DNA of 64,000 bases from NCBI GenBank assembly GCA_002441095.1, contig DJVG01000038.1:5222-69221 (forward strand). Reading direction: 5' to 3'. A program made the translations under genes and the position numbers. Below the pieces are notes generated by a model. The model worked only from the letters and a program-made list of their open reading frames with translations. It searched no databases and was not told the DNA's origin. Shown here piece after piece: positions 27,543-39,500 of this stretch; the first letter of the stretch is position 1, and every line of letters starts with the position of its first letter. This stretch comes from Elusimicrobia bacterium UBA6262 (lineage in GTDB: Bacteria > CAYTYR01 > UBA6262).

Positions 27543-28121
27543 TTGGTAGATCTAGACGATATCCAATTAGTCGAACGGACCCAGCGGGGCGACCAGCAAG
27601 CTTTTTCCCAGTTGTTTGCCAAGTACCAAAAAAAGGTCTTTAACCTGTGTTTCCGTTTTGTGGATGACTACGAAGAAGCCAAAGATCTCACCCAGGAGAC
27701 ATTTGTGCGGGTCTATAACGGTATTAAAAAGTTTCGGCGTGAGGCCAGCTTTTCCACCTGGCTTTATTGCATTGCCAGTAATACCTGCAAAAACAAACTG
27801 CGCCACTGGAAAACACAGCCTAATCTTATGTCCCTGGATGAAACCTTTGAAACTGAAGATGACGAGATGACCAGGCAGGTCGAAGATAAAAGCGATCTAT
27901 CCCCGCTGGTTAAGGCAGAAACTAAGGAGGTCCAGGAGCAGGTACAAACAGCGATCAAATCCTTGAGCGTTGAACACCGGGAGGTGATCATTTTGCGGGA
28001 TATACAGGGCTGCTCGTATGAAGAAATTGCCGCCGCCCTGGGTTGTAACCTGGGAACAGTGAAGAGCCGCCTTTCTCGCGCCCGGCTGGAATTAAAAGAC
28101 AGGCTTAAAGGTAGTATTTAG
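27543..28121 (+). CDS. ECF RNA polymerase sigma factor (RpoE/SigW-like)
   Basis: DLTQETFVRVY, FSTWLYCIASN, LRDIQGCSYEEIAAALGCNLGTVKSRLSRAR. TTG 27543 follows RBS aggggag (ORF track starts at ATG 27519). Confidence 0.95.
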   Translation: MVDLDDIQLVERTQRGDQQAFSQLFAKYQKKVFNLCFRFVDDYEEAKDLTQETFVRVYNGIKKFRREASFSTWLYCIASNTCKNKLRHWKTQPNLMSLDETFETEDDEMTRQVEDKSDLSPLVKAETKEVQEQVQTAIKSLSVEHREVIILRDIQGCSYEEIAAALGCNLGTVKSRLSRARLELKDRLKGSI

Positions 28122-28193
28122 TAATCATAATTGTTAAGCTCCCGCCTAAAATATTGGCGGGTCCGCCTCGGGCGGAAAAGGAAGTGATGTAAA

Positions 28194-29306
28194 ATGAGTA
28201 CAAAAAAACATATCAGGGAACTTTTATCGGTCTACCTTGACCAGATGTGTTCCGACGAGGAGAAAAAGATCGTCGAAACTCACCTGGCCGAGTGCGCCGA
28301 ATGCCGCCAGGAGCTGGCAGACCTGCGGAAAACTATTACGCTGGTTGCCGGTTTAAAAGAAATAAATCCTCCGGCAAACCTGTGGGCAGGCATAGAACAA
28401 AGAATCCAGAAAAAATCATTCTGGGAAATATTCGATTGGCGGCCAGTCCCGGTGGCTGTAGCTACAGTTGCTATTTTCCTGATGGCCGTAGCTATTAACA
28501 AGTATACCGTCAAGGTCGCGGAGCAGGAAAAAACCGGATTGAGGAATGATATAACTGCCGGCTCCAGCGTGCCGCTAACGTCACCGCTCTTAACACCAAA
28601 ACTTGATCAAAGACTGGAAGAAATGCCGCCGCCAGCTAAAGCCAAAGTCGTACTTGCGCCAGAAGCTGACTTTATGCGCCATAATGAACAAGTGATGGAA
28701 GAGAAGATTGAATATGTCACGACCAGTGTGCCACAATACGCAACTGGTAGAACGGCAATTTCCAGCGTACCATTAACGGCTTCGTTCATGGGACCAACGC
28801 TGTTCCAGAATCTGGCCAAGAAAATTGGTGCCGCTAAAGACCTAGCCAGCCCGGCGCCAGCCGCCGATGCTCTTCGCAGCGACGAGGCAATGACCATGGA
28901 AGACGATGGCTCTGTCTATGTCAACGCGCCGCAGCAGATAGCTTCATTAACGGCAATTTCCCGTTCAAAAGGACAGTTAATGGATACCGATACGAGTATC
29001 ACGCCTTCTTATGAAATAGTAATGGAAGTAGAAGATATGGAACGTACCATGCAGCGTTTACAGGCGGTAGCGGAAAATTACCAGGCCAGGCAGATAGACC
29101 GGTCTATAGATAACCAGGAATTATCCTATCGTGTGCACCAACAGGAATTCCCGAAGTTTATCAGCGAAGTGAACAAGCTGGGACGAGATCCCCGGCGCAA
29201 GGATGCTTCCATAGGCATGCAGGAAACAATAGCCGCCAATCGTTTTGGTACTTGTCCTTCAAGTGAGCCCCAACTTATCCGTATTAAATTAAATCCCAGC
29301 AAATGA
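28194..29306 (+). CDS. Zinc-finger (ZAS) transmembrane anti-sigma factor
   Basis: LLSVYLD...HLAECAEC (HxxxCxxC), one TM helix, extracytoplasmic C-terminal part; directly follows the ECF sigma. Confidence 0.9.
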   Translation: MSTKKHIRELLSVYLDQMCSDEEKKIVETHLAECAECRQELADLRKTITLVAGLKEINPPANLWAGIEQRIQKKSFWEIFDWRPVPVAVATVAIFLMAVAINKYTVKVAEQEKTGLRNDITAGSSVPLTSPLLTPKLDQRLEEMPPPAKAKVVLAPEADFMRHNEQVMEEKIEYVTTSVPQYATGRTAISSVPLTASFMGPTLFQNLAKKIGAAKDLASPAPAADALRSDEAMTMEDDGSVYVNAPQQIASLTAISRSKGQLMDTDTSITPSYEIVMEVEDMERTMQRLQAVAENYQARQIDRSIDNQELSYRVHQQEFPKFISEVNKLGRDPRRKDASIGMQETIAANRFGTCPSSEPQLIRIKLNPSK

Positions 29307-29310
29307 GCAG

Positions 29311-29422
29311 TATATCAGACGATCAGGATATCAGAAAGGGGATACCAGGACATCAGGAAAGCAGGTTTTAATCTGATGCCCTGATTCCCTGTTAACCACA
29401 ACCTGCTACTCTGATAATCTGA
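29311..29422. repeat. Degenerate micro-repeat palindrome (ATCAGG/CCTGAT family), copy 3
   Basis: atcag(g) units then (c)ctgat units; core atcaggaaagcagg. Confidence 0.8.
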
Positions 29423-29437
29423 GCTCCTTAATTACCC

Positions 29438-29467
29438 TTGACATTCGTCGAGTATATACACTATAAT
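29438..29467 (+). promoter_or_regulatory. Sigma70-type promoter upstream of lysS
   Basis: TTGACA-N18-TATAAT. Confidence 0.7.
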
Positions 29468-29516
29468 ACTATAATTATATAATTCACTTTTAGACCAACT
29501 GAAAGATGAGGAAATT

Positions 29517-30995
29517 GTGGAAGAATTAAATGACCAGTATATACAGCGCCGGAAAAAACTCGACGATCTGAAAGCCCAGAATGTGGATCCGTATCCTAAT
29601 AAATTTGTGTCCACATTCAGCAGTGCCAGGATCAGGCAGCAGTTCGGCCATTTGCAACAAGAGGCTGAAGATCCGACGGTGGTAGTGCTGGCTGGCCGCA
29701 TTATGACGATGCGGCTCATGGGTAAGGCTTGCTTTGCCAACCTGAAAGATGCGTCTGGCCGGATCCAGATCTATGTCCGCAAGGATAAAATTGGAGACAC
29801 GGAGTACGCTCTTTTTAAGACCTTGGATATGGGCGATATCATTGGGGTGGAGGGCAGTGTGTTCTGCACCCGGACCGGGGAACTGACCATTATGGTGCAG
29901 AAATTTACCCTGCTGGCCAAAGCCCTGCGCCCGCTGCCGGAAAAATGGCACGGGTTGAAAGATATAGAGACGCGCTATCGCCAGCGCTATGTAGATTTGA
30001 TCGCTAATGACGAAGTGGCAGATATTTTCCGCGTTCGTTCCAACACGATCAAGACCATGCGCAGGATGCTGGATGACAAAGGTTTCCTGGAAGTGGAGAC
30101 GCCGATGATGCAACCTTTGGCCGGCGGGGCGGCAGCCAAACCTTTTATCACCCATCATAATGCCCTGGATATAGACCTGTACCTGCGGATCGCCCCGGAA
30201 CTTTACCTGAAACGCCTGATCGTCGGTGGTTTGGAACGGGTTTATGAAATTAACCGGAGCTTCCGTAATGAAGGTATTTCTACGCGGCATAATCCCGAGT
30301 TTACGATGATCGAATTATACCAGGCGTACGCTGATTACAACCAGGTCATGGACCTGTGCCGTGAATTGATCACGGCAGTGGTAAAAGAATGTACGGGTAA
30401 ACTGGAACTGGAATATCAGGGGAATACCATTGTTTTTGCCGGCGACTGGAAAAGAATGACCTTGCTGGAAGCAGTCAAGGAATATGCCGGAGCTGATTTT
30501 ATTACGCCTAAAACCCTGGCCGAAACCAGAAAAATTGCCCAGGATTTGAATGTGCCGTTCACTGAACAGGATACGCCATATAGGATCATCAATACCATTT
30601 TTGAGGAATGTGTGGAGAAGAAACTGGTCCAGCCGACTTTTATTTGCGATTATCCAACGGAATTATCACCACTGGCCAAAAATGCCAGGGGTAATCCTGA
30701 TATTGTCGAGCGTTTTGAACTATTTATCGGGTCTCAGGAACTGGCGAATGCTTATTCTGAGCTCAATGATCCGCTGGAACAGAGAAAACGGATGGAACAG
30801 CAGCTCAAACAGCGGGAGCGCGGCGATGAAGAAGCCCAGATGCTGGACGAGGATTACCTGCGCGCCCTGGAACACGGCATGCCTCCCTGCGGCGGATTGG
30901 GTATCGGGATCGACCGGTTGGTCATGGTGATCACCAATTCTGCCTCTATTCGTGACGTGATCCTGTTTCCGCAGATGAGGCCCGAAAATGTTTGA
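29517..30995 (+). CDS. lysS: Lysyl-tRNA synthetase (class II)
   Basis: [54 protein letters not shown]. Confidence 0.99.
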   Translation: MEELNDQYIQRRKKLDDLKAQNVDPYPNKFVSTFSSARIRQQFGHLQQEAEDPTVVVLAGRIMTMRLMGKACFANLKDASGRIQIYVRKDKIGDTEYALFKTLDMGDIIGVEGSVFCTRTGELTIMVQKFTLLAKALRPLPEKWHGLKDIETRYRQRYVDLIANDEVADIFRVRSNTIKTMRRMLDDKGFLEVETPMMQPLAGGAAAKPFITHHNALDIDLYLRIAPELYLKRLIVGGLERVYEINRSFRNEGISTRHNPEFTMIELYQAYADYNQVMDLCRELITAVVKECTGKLELEYQGNTIVFAGDWKRMTLLEAVKEYAGADFITPKTLAETRKIAQDLNVPFTEQDTPYRIINTIFEECVEKKLVQPTFICDYPTELSPLAKNARGNPDIVERFELFIGSQELANAYSELNDPLEQRKRMEQQLKQRERGDEEAQMLDEDYLRALEHGMPPCGGLGIGIDRLVMVITNSASIRDVILFPQMRPENV

Positions 30996-32235
30996 ACTGG
31001 GCGTAGCCTGGCGCTACCTGAAATTCAGGAAGGAACAAATATTCTTATCGCTCATCGGGATCATTTCTATTGCCGGCGTAGCTGTTGGCGTCATGGCTTT
31101 GATCATTACGCTTTCCGTGATGAACGGTTTTCAAAACGACTTGCGCAGTAAGATATTAGGGGTGAATGCGCATATTGTCGTGACCTCCCAGACCGGCCGG
31201 GGTATTGAGAATTATAATAAATTGATGCAAAAGATCGAAGAGAATAAGCATGTATTGGGGACCAGCCCTTTTGTGTATGCCCAGGCTATCCTTAAGACCT
31301 CGGACGGAGCGACCGGGGTAGTAGTCAAGGGAGTACAGCCTTCAAAATTATTAACCGTGACCAATCTTTCTGCTTATATGAAAGCAGGCACTTTGGATAA
31401 ATTGGTACCGGCGAAGCCAGTCAATAAGAGCAAAACCGTTCCTGTGGAAGGCATTATCCTGGGCACAGAGCTGGCCCAGAATTTGCGGGTAGTCCTGAAC
31501 GATGAACTGATGTTGGTCTCTTCACAGGGTATAACCTCAGCTCTCGGGGTGGTGCCGCTCATCAGAAAATATAAAGTAGTAGGGATCTTTGATTCCGGAA
31601 TGTATGAATATGACGCTAACCTGGCTTTTATTCCCCTGGAGAGTGCCCAGAATATTTTCAACGCTAAGAACAAGGTAACCGGGATAGAAGTAAAAACCGC
31701 TGACTTTTTTTCCGCCGACCAGGTGGTCAAAGAACTGCAGGAAAGTATCGGCTACCCGTATTGGGTGCGGGGTTGGATGGCGGTGAACCGTAATCTTTTT
31801 TCCGCGCTGAAACTGGAAAAGATAGCCATGTTTGTCATTTTAACCTTGATCGTCCTGGTGGCTTGCTTTAATATTGTCGGGACATTGATGATGATCACGA
31901 TCCAGAAAACCCGCTGTATCGGGATAATGCGGGCGTTGGGCGCGACCCGTGCCGCCATTATGAAGATATTCATAGGGGAAGGATTGATCATTGGTTTTTT
32001 CGGTTTAGTGCTGGGTATGGCCGGCGGCTGGCTCGGCTGTGTGCTGCTGGATAAATATAAATTTATTAAATTGCCCGGCGATATTTATTACCTGGACCAT
32101 TTGCCGGTGAAAATGCAATTAGGGGATTTTAGCGTCATTGCCATTGCGGCCTTAGTGATCAGCTTTCTGGCTACTATTTATCCGTCTTACAAAGCATCCC
32201 GTTTAAATCCGGTTGAAGCGATTAGATATGAATGA
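30988..32235 (+). CDS. lolE: Lipoprotein-releasing ABC transporter permease (LolC/LolE family)
   Basis: [57 protein letters not shown]. Confidence 0.93.
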   Translation: MFELGVAWRYLKFRKEQIFLSLIGIISIAGVAVGVMALIITLSVMNGFQNDLRSKILGVNAHIVVTSQTGRGIENYNKLMQKIEENKHVLGTSPFVYAQAILKTSDGATGVVVKGVQPSKLLTVTNLSAYMKAGTLDKLVPAKPVNKSKTVPVEGIILGTELAQNLRVVLNDELMLVSSQGITSALGVVPLIRKYKVVGIFDSGMYEYDANLAFIPLESAQNIFNAKNKVTGIEVKTADFFSADQVVKELQESIGYPYWVRGWMAVNRNLFSALKLEKIAMFVILTLIVLVACFNIVGTLMMITIQKTRCIGIMRALGATRAAIMKIFIGEGLIIGFFGLVLGMAGGWLGCVLLDKYKFIKLPGDIYYLDHLPVKMQLGDFSVIAIAALVISFLATIYPSYKASRLNPVEAIRYE

Positions 32236-32977
32236 ACAACTTAGTTTTGATGATATAGGACAGGTTTCAGGCCTTAACCAACCAGTGGAAAAACTGGTGC
32301 CAATTATTGCCGCCAGGAACCTGACTAAGAATTATTATACCAGCAACCAGGAATTGAAAGTTTTAAAAGGGATAGACCTGGAGCTTAAAGCCGGCGAATT
32401 TGTGGCGATCATCGGCCCCAGCGGCGCCGGGAAAAGCACCTTATTGCACATCCTGGGTATTTTGGACCAGCCTACTGACGGTGATTTGCTGTTTGACGGC
32501 GTAAATACTAAAGACCTCGGTGACCGGGAAACAGCTAACCTGCGGAATGAAAAAGTAGGTTTTATTTTCCAATTCTATCATCTTTTGCCTGAATTCACGG
32601 TATTGGAAAACGTCTTAATGCCCCGCTTTATCAGCCAGGGTAAAATGCAGGTTCCGGAAGCGGATCGTATTCGGGCCGCAGAAATGCTCGGCAAGGTTGG
32701 CCTGGGGGAAAGATTGGGGCATTGGCCTAACCAGCTTTCCGGCGGAGAACAACAGCGGGTAGCTATTACCCGGGCCTTGTTTAACGATCCAGGGGTGATA
32801 CTGGCTGATGAACCGACCGGCAACCTGGATTATAAAAATAGTTTAGAAATAATTAGTATTTTGCATAAGATCAATAAAGTTGAAGGCAAAACCCTGGTAC
32901 TGGTCACGCATGATGAGGAATATGCCAGGAAAGCCGACCGGATAATAAAACTGAAAGACGGCAGGATAGTTCAATAA
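32228..32977 (+). CDS. lolD: Lipoprotein-releasing ABC transporter ATP-binding protein
   Basis: [28 protein letters not shown]; overlaps the lolE stop. Confidence 0.93.
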   Translation: MNEQLSFDDIGQVSGLNQPVEKLVPIIAARNLTKNYYTSNQELKVLKGIDLELKAGEFVAIIGPSGAGKSTLLHILGILDQPTDGDLLFDGVNTKDLGDRETANLRNEKVGFIFQFYHLLPEFTVLENVLMPRFISQGKMQVPEADRIRAAEMLGKVGLGERLGHWPNQLSGGEQQRVAITRALFNDPGVILADEPTGNLDYKNSLEIISILHKINKVEGKTLVLVTHDEEYARKADRIIKLKDGRIVQ

Positions 32978-32982
32978 AAGCA

Positions 32983-33081
32983 GTGTTGAGTTGAAAGTGT
33001 TAAGTGTTAAGTTTAGGTAAAAAGCATTTTATAATAAAATCTGTACCTTAACTTAAAACTTTCAACTTAAAACTTAAAACT
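32983..33081. repeat. Degenerate micro-repeat palindrome (GTTAAG/CTTAAAAC family)
   Basis: gttgag/gttaag units followed by cttaac/cttaaaac units. Confidence 0.7.
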
Positions 33082-33107
33082 AATAGTAATGAAATTGGAG
33101 GAGAAAC

Positions 33108-33983
33108 ATGGGTTTGAAGATTTATTTAGATGGTAAAATGGTGGAAAAAGAAAATGCTAAGATCAGTGTGTTTGACCACGGGGTGTTATACGGCGACGGG
33201 GTTTTTGAAGGTATCCGTGCTTATAACGGCCGGGTTTTCCGCCTCCGGGAACATTTGCTGCGGCTTTATAATTCCGCCAAAGCGATAAATCTGGATTGCC
33301 GTATTTCCATTGACCACATGGAAGATATAGTGCTCAAGACCCTGCGGGCTAATAAGCTGAAAGATGCCTATATCCGCCTGGTGGTGACCCGCGGGATCGG
33401 GGACCTGGGGTTAGATCCGCGTAAATGTCCCAAGCCGACTATTTTCTGCATTACGGATAAGATAAATCTTTATCCCGCAGAATATTATAAAGAAGGTTTG
33501 ACCATTGTGACTGCTTCGACCCGGAAAAATATTCCTGAATCAGTGAGCCCGCGGATCAAGTCGCTCAATTATTTGAACAGTATCCTGGCCAAGATAGAAG
33601 CAGCCTTGCAAAATACGCCGGAAGCTATTATGCTGACTAAAGACGGCTATGTGGCTGAATGTACCGGCGATAATATCTTTATTCTTAAGGATAATGTGCT
33701 GAAAACTCCGCCGTCTTACCTGGGGGCGCTGGAAGGCGTTACCCGGGAGGTGGTGATGGAGCTGGCGGCCAAGAACAGGATCGCCTGCCGGGAAGAAGTT
33801 TTTACCCGCTATGACCTGTTCACGGCAGACGAATGTTTCCTGACCGGTACTGCGGCTGAAGTGGTACCAGTAGCCAGGATCGACGGCCGGCCGATCGGTA
33901 GTGGTAAGCCCGGCAAAATAACCTCTAAGTTGATCAAGGAATTTAAAGCCCTTACCTTAACTGAAGGAGTGGAAATATATTAA
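33108..33983 (+). CDS. ilvE: Branched-chain amino acid aminotransferase
   Basis: DHGVLYGDGVFEGIRAY, KSLNYL, ECTGDNIF, LEGVTR, FLTGTAAEV. Confidence 0.97.
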   Translation: MGLKIYLDGKMVEKENAKISVFDHGVLYGDGVFEGIRAYNGRVFRLREHLLRLYNSAKAINLDCRISIDHMEDIVLKTLRANKLKDAYIRLVVTRGIGDLGLDPRKCPKPTIFCITDKINLYPAEYYKEGLTIVTASTRKNIPESVSPRIKSLNYLNSILAKIEAALQNTPEAIMLTKDGYVAECTGDNIFILKDNVLKTPPSYLGALEGVTREVVMELAAKNRIACREEVFTRYDLFTADECFLTGTAAEVVPVARIDGRPIGSGKPGKITSKLIKEFKALTLTEGVEIY

Positions 33984-34031
33984 TTTGAGATTTGAGATCT
34001 GAAATTTGAGATCAGGTACCCGGAGGTATTA

Positions 34032-36506
34032 ATGTTTAATCGCTTTACGGAAAGAGCACAGCGCGCCATACAATTAGCCCAAGAAGAAGTGAAGCGCCTG
34101 AATCACGATTATCTAGGCACTGAACATTTACTGCTTGGCCTCATTGACTTGAATGAGGGTGTCGCTTCATTGGTCCTGGCTAACCTGGACCTGGACTTGA
34201 GTAAAATTCGTAAAGAGGTAGAGAAAATTGTCGGCGCCGGTGATACGATCATGTTGCTCGGGGAAGTCCCTTTCACTCCGCGGGCTAAAAAAGTTCTCCA
34301 ATTAGCTGTGGAAGAGTCACAGACGATGGGACATTCCCGGATCGGGACTGAACATATATTGCTGGGATTATTGCGTGAAGGAGAAGGTATTGCGGCTAAG
34401 GTCCTGGCATCCCTGGGCATCCAGCTTGACCGGGTGCGGGAAGAAATCATTAACATTCTGAGCGACCTGGAAGCGCAGCAGGCCAACGTAGAAAATGAGG
34501 AAATTCCGCAGCCGGCCAAGGCGAGAAATAAATCCACGACTCCAACTCTCGATCAGTATTGCCGTGACTTGACAGTCATGGCTACTGAAGGGAAACTGGA
34601 CCCGGTGATCGGCCGCCGCGGCGAAATCGAGCGGGTCATTCAAATACTAGCCCGCCGGACTAAGAACAATCCCGCCTTGATCGGTGAGCCGGGCGTAGGG
34701 AAAACCGCTATCGTGGAAGGTTTGGCCGAACAGATCATCAATAATAATGTGCCGGAAGCGCTGTTGAATAAACGGGTATTGACCCTGGACCTGGCTGGTA
34801 TGCTGGCGGGGACCAAATACCGCGGCGAATTTGAGCAACGGCTGAAAACCATCATGGAAGAAATACGCCGGGCGAAGAATTCCATTATCCTGTTTATCGA
34901 TGAATTACACACCGTGGTCGGCGCCGGCGCGGCAGAAGGGGCTATTGATGCCTCCAATATTTTGAAACCAGCGCTCTCCCGCGGCGAATTGCAGTGCGTT
35001 GGCGCTACTACCTTTGATGAATACCGTAAGTATATTGAGCATGATGCTGCGCTGGAACGCCGTTTCCAGCCGATCGTCGTAGAACCGCCCAGCGTGGAAG
35101 ATACTAAAGAGATATTAAAAGGGTTGCGTGAACGATATGAGACGCATCATCATGTTAAAATCTCCGACGAAGCTATAGACGCTGCTGCGGAAATGTCTGA
35201 TCGTTATATTCCAGACCGGTTCCAGCCGGATAAAGCTATTGACTTAATGGATGAGGCTGCTTCCCGGGTAAGGCTGCAGGCTACCATGCTGCCGCCGGAC
35301 ATGAGATCGACTGAAGAGCAGATCGAACAGCTGGATAAGGAAAAGAAAGACGCTACAAATGCGCAGGATTTTGAAACTGCGGCTAAACTGCGCGACCGGG
35401 AGAAAGAACTAAAGACCAAACTGGATAAAACCAAAAAAGACTGGTCCCAAAAACGGAGTAAAAAGGACGCCGTGGTAGGGGAACAGGATATCGCTTATAT
35501 CGTTTCCAAGATGACCAATATCCCGGTCATGAAGATCACGGAAAAAGAACAATCCAAGCTCGTGCATATGGAACAGGACCTCCAGCAAAGAGTGATCGGC
35601 CAGGATGAAGCGCTGAAGGTCATAGCCCAGGCTGTGCGCCGTTCACGGACAGGATTAAAAGATCCGCGGCGGCCGATCGGTTCCTTTATTTTCCTGGGAC
35701 CTACCGGCGTAGGCAAGACAGAACTGGCCAGGGCTCTGGCAGAATTCCTATTTGGCAACGAGGAGTCGGTGATTAGGGTGGATATGAGCGAATTCATGGA
35801 AAAATTTGCTGTTTCCCGGCTGATCGGAGCACCTCCGGGTTATGTGGGGTATGAAGAAGGCGGACAGCTGACTGAACAAGTCAGGCGCCGGCCTTATTCA
35901 GTGGTTCTGCTGGATGAAATAGAAAAAGCCCATCCGGATGTATTTAATATTTTACTGCAGGTATTGGATGAGGGCAAACTGACTGATAATCTCGGTCATA
36001 GTGTGAATTTCAAGAACACGGTAATAATTATGACCTCTAATCTGGGCGCCAGGTTGATCGAAAAGGGCAAGGCTATGGGCTTTACCGGCGAAGAGGACGG
36101 GGAAACATCATATCAGGGCATGAGAGACACGGTACTGGAAGAAGTAAAGAAAGCCTTTAATCCTGAATTCGTGAACCGGATCGACGAGGTGATCGTTTTT
36201 AAAACCTTAAAGCGCGAAGAGATGCATAAGATCGTAGAGCTCATGCTGAACAAGGTAGTGGAGCGTATGCATGAGCAGAATATAGAGCTGAAAATTGAAG
36301 CCGCAGTTAAGGAGTTCCTGGTGGAAAAAGGATTTGACCCAAAATCCGGCGCCCGGCCTTTGCGGCGGTCGATCCAGAAATACCTCGAAGATCCCCTCGC
36401 CGAGGAGCTTCTTTCCAGGACCATTGATTCTACCAAGCCGATCCTGGTAACAGTGGCGGCAGGGAAAATAAACTTTAAACAGCTTGCCAATATCGCCACT
36501 TCTTAG
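34032..36506 (+). CDS. clpC: ATP-dependent Clp protease ATP-binding subunit ClpC
   Basis: Double Clp-N repeats, GEPGVGKT, short UVR coiled coil, [15 protein letters not shown]. Confidence 0.97.
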   Translation: MFNRFTERAQRAIQLAQEEVKRLNHDYLGTEHLLLGLIDLNEGVASLVLANLDLDLSKIRKEVEKIVGAGDTIMLLGEVPFTPRAKKVLQLAVEESQTMGHSRIGTEHILLGLLREGEGIAAKVLASLGIQLDRVREEIINILSDLEAQQANVENEEIPQPAKARNKSTTPTLDQYCRDLTVMATEGKLDPVIGRRGEIERVIQILARRTKNNPALIGEPGVGKTAIVEGLAEQIINNNVPEALLNKRVLTLDLAGMLAGTKYRGEFEQRLKTIMEEIRRAKNSIILFIDELHTVVGAGAAEGAIDASNILKPALSRGELQCVGATTFDEYRKYIEHDAALERRFQPIVVEPPSVEDTKEILKGLRERYETHHHVKISDEAIDAAAEMSDRYIPDRFQPDKAIDLMDEAASRVRLQATMLPPDMRSTEEQIEQLDKEKKDATNAQDFETAAKLRDREKELKTKLDKTKKDWSQKRSKKDAVVGEQDIAYIVSKMTNIPVMKITEKEQSKLVHMEQDLQQRVIGQDEALKVIAQAVRRSRTGLKDPRRPIGSFIFLGPTGVGKTELARALAEFLFGNEESVIRVDMSEFMEKFAVSRLIGAPPGYVGYEEGGQLTEQVRRRPYSVVLLDEIEKAHPDVFNILLQVLDEGKLTDNLGHSVNFKNTVIIMTSNLGARLIEKGKAMGFTGEEDGETSYQGMRDTVLEEVKKAFNPEFVNRIDEVIVFKTLKREEMHKIVELMLNKVVERMHEQNIELKIEAAVKEFLVEKGFDPKSGARPLRRSIQKYLEDPLAEELLSRTIDSTKPILVTVAAGKINFKQLANIATS

Positions 36507-36545
36507 GAATATCTGCTTTTCAAGTGCACTACTTGAAGGAAGATC

Positions 36546-39500
36546 ATGACTAAATCTAAAAAAATTACTGTGGCCATAACAGTAAGTATCCTTTTATTGT
36601 TAGGCTTTATTTTTTTTCAGCTGGTGCTCACCGACTTGGTCAGTGAGCGCTTTAAAGAGCCATTAAGCAGAAAGCTGGGCCAGTGGGTCAATAAAGATGT
36701 ATTGATCGGGCAACTAAAGACCAATATTTTCAATTCTTTAACGATTAATGGATTGACTATCTACCAACCAGGAAACCGGGAAGAAGGACCCATCCTGGAA
36801 GTCAGGGAAATTGCTATCCGGTACAATATCTGGCGTTTGCTGAAAACCAGGGATTTTAGCCGGAGTATTATGGAGATAGTCTTGTTTGATCCTACTGTGC
36901 ATCTCCGCTACCGGCAAGGGCAATGGAATCTTAACGAGCTAATGGCTAAAAACCTAAGTCCAGGCCGTCAGCTTCCATACTCTTTAAATATCAATAACGG
37001 ACGAATCAGCTTTCATAACGAACCCGGGAGCCTTGACCAAGTCTCCGTGAACAAGATATATGGTACGGTTAAACCAAAAACCAAAACGCAAATTTCTTTC
37101 CGTTTCAAGGCTATTACTTCCTTAAGTCAAAATGACCGTTTAAATATTGCCGGAACGTATGCTATCCCGCAAGCTGTTGTTGAGGCTGAAATAAGCGGCA
37201 AAAAAATATCACTCCAGAAAATACCCCAGGTTTTCCCGTCCCTTCAGTTGTCCACAGCCCAAGGCGAAATGTCTATCAAAATGTCTTTGCATTATGACAC
37301 TCTGAGCCAGGATGGATTCTCCTGCCAGGGGACAGCGACTCTCCAAGAAGCGGAATTTAAGCTGGTTCGGGTGCCGGATCCGGTACGGGATTTGTCTTGC
37401 ACCTTAGAGTTTGACGAAAAAAATATTAATGTCCGTAAATCTTTTTTTGCCTTAGCCAATTCTTCATATCTGGTGTCTGGTTCTATCTCTGATTTCCTGC
37501 GTCAGCCGGTTGCGGACTTAAAACTGAAAGCGGCAGCTTTTGACTTGTCCGACCTGTCCCGTATTTTTTCCAGTCAGGATTTACATACCTTGAATTTAGC
37601 CGGCAAGGGGCGGCTTACCCTGGCCATAACCGGCCCGCTGCCTGGCATAAAAATCATTTCTGACCTGGCCATGACCAAAGGGCACCTGCAGGGATCACCC
37701 TTGAAGGATCTTAAATTCCAGGCGGTATGGCAGCATAACCTGCTTACCATCAACACCTGCCAGGCTCGCTTGGCTGGCGGTGACCTGGCTGTCTCGGCTA
37801 AAATAAAATTGGGAACAGATCTGCCCTTAGAAATATATGAATTGAATGCCAGCGGGCTGCACCTTAACCTGGAGCAGTTATTCAAGAATAACTTCTCAGG
37901 CAGTATGGATACCTATATAACCGTAAAAGGGATCTGGCCGGAAGTGGACGCCCAGGGGCGGATCATGGTCAAAAAATTCAGCTTTGCTGGCTATGACCTG
38001 GGCCCTGGCGATGCTTCATTCCAATACCGGCAGCATAATCTGTCATTTTCCGGACTAAGATTGAATACCAAAGATACCATCCGCGGACTCGTAAGATTTA
38101 AAGAAAAACTGGTGCAGATCGATAATTTGGGCATTGCTTTTGCCAATGGCGGAAATTTAGGGGTGCAGGGAGAGATCCAAACCAGTAAAGGCCAGCCAAT
38201 ACTGCTGAACCTCACCGGCAAGAATATGCCGGTTGAGGAACTATCCTCCTTATTAGGTTTGTCTAATCTGCATGGGACAGTTAACAGCCATGGTAAAATA
38301 CATGGGACATTAACTGCGCCAGCAGCCCAACTGACAATTTCCGGTAGTGAATTATTAGCTGGTGCGCATAAAATAGTACTGGCCGGAAATTGCCTGATTA
38401 CCAGGGAAAAACTGGAATTCCCTGAATTAAAAATAAATCATGATTCTAAGATAAAGGGTACGATCACTTTTAAACCAAAACCGCTGGTAGACCTGAATTT
38501 TCAGCCAGTTAACCTGGAGCTTGGTATTTTGCTGTCTGTCGTAGGTTTTGATAGCGGCGGAGAACTGAACGGTTTGAGTACCGGCTACCTGAATTTAAAC
38601 GGAGTGCCGGGTGCTTTGGAGGCGCGGGGAAATTTTAAGATCGAAGCATTGCAGTTGTGGAACTTGGTCCTGGGGACAGCCCAGTCCACTGTAGTTTTCA
38701 GCCAGAAAAAAATATTCCAGGGAACTATCAGCACATTGGCCAAAAACGGAACTTTGCAAGGTTCCTGGTGGGTAGACTTGCAAAAAGATAAAGAAAATAA
38801 GGCTGAGGTGATTTTTGATTTTGACCGGTTTCAAAGTATTTTCCCGGGGACTTCTTATGAAACTCCGCAGCTGGACGGCCGGATCAAATATGCCGGCTGG
38901 TTGAAATATAATGGCCAAACAGCTTTCAGCGGCAAATTATCCAGCGAGTCTTTAACCATCAATAAACAGCCGCAGGAAATAACCGGACAGATCAGCAGCC
39001 AGAAAAAACAAATAATACTAAAAGCCCAAATGGGCAAAGCCTATATTCTGGAAACCACGGTGCTGTTACAAGACCAACCAAGGATCAAAGGATCACTGCA
39101 CATAGGCCTGGATAATATTGCCCAGGCTAATACTATGTGGCAAGTCAAGGGGTTGGAGAAAATGACCGGCCCGCTGCGCATAGAGGCTGATATAACCGGA
39201 ACTTTAAATGATCCGGTAATAAAAGGCAGCCTGGCCGGAGGACGCGGCATTTGGCGGGGGGTGTCCTATGATCAGATCACTGGCTTATGGCGCTGCCAGG
39301 CCAGCATACTCCATGTCACTAATCTGGAATTCAAGAAAGGGCCGGAAGAATACCTGGCTGCCGGTAAAATACCCTTTAATGCAGAGAGTCCCTGGTGGTT
39401 TAATATACAGGTAAACCAGGCTGATTTTGCGAACCTGGTCCAATTAGTTACGGATCCTGGGGAGACCAAAGGTCAGGTCCAGGCAGAAGTAAAAATAACC

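Noticed and set aside
29526-30290. 254-aa minus-strand ORF (also 22843-23421, 48375-49151, 2310-2852 and the other minus ORFs in the track)
   Set aside because: They lie entirely antisense to well-supported genes (lysS, secA, lpxI, PorV-like), have no recognisable motifs or RBS, and are typical shadow ORFs.
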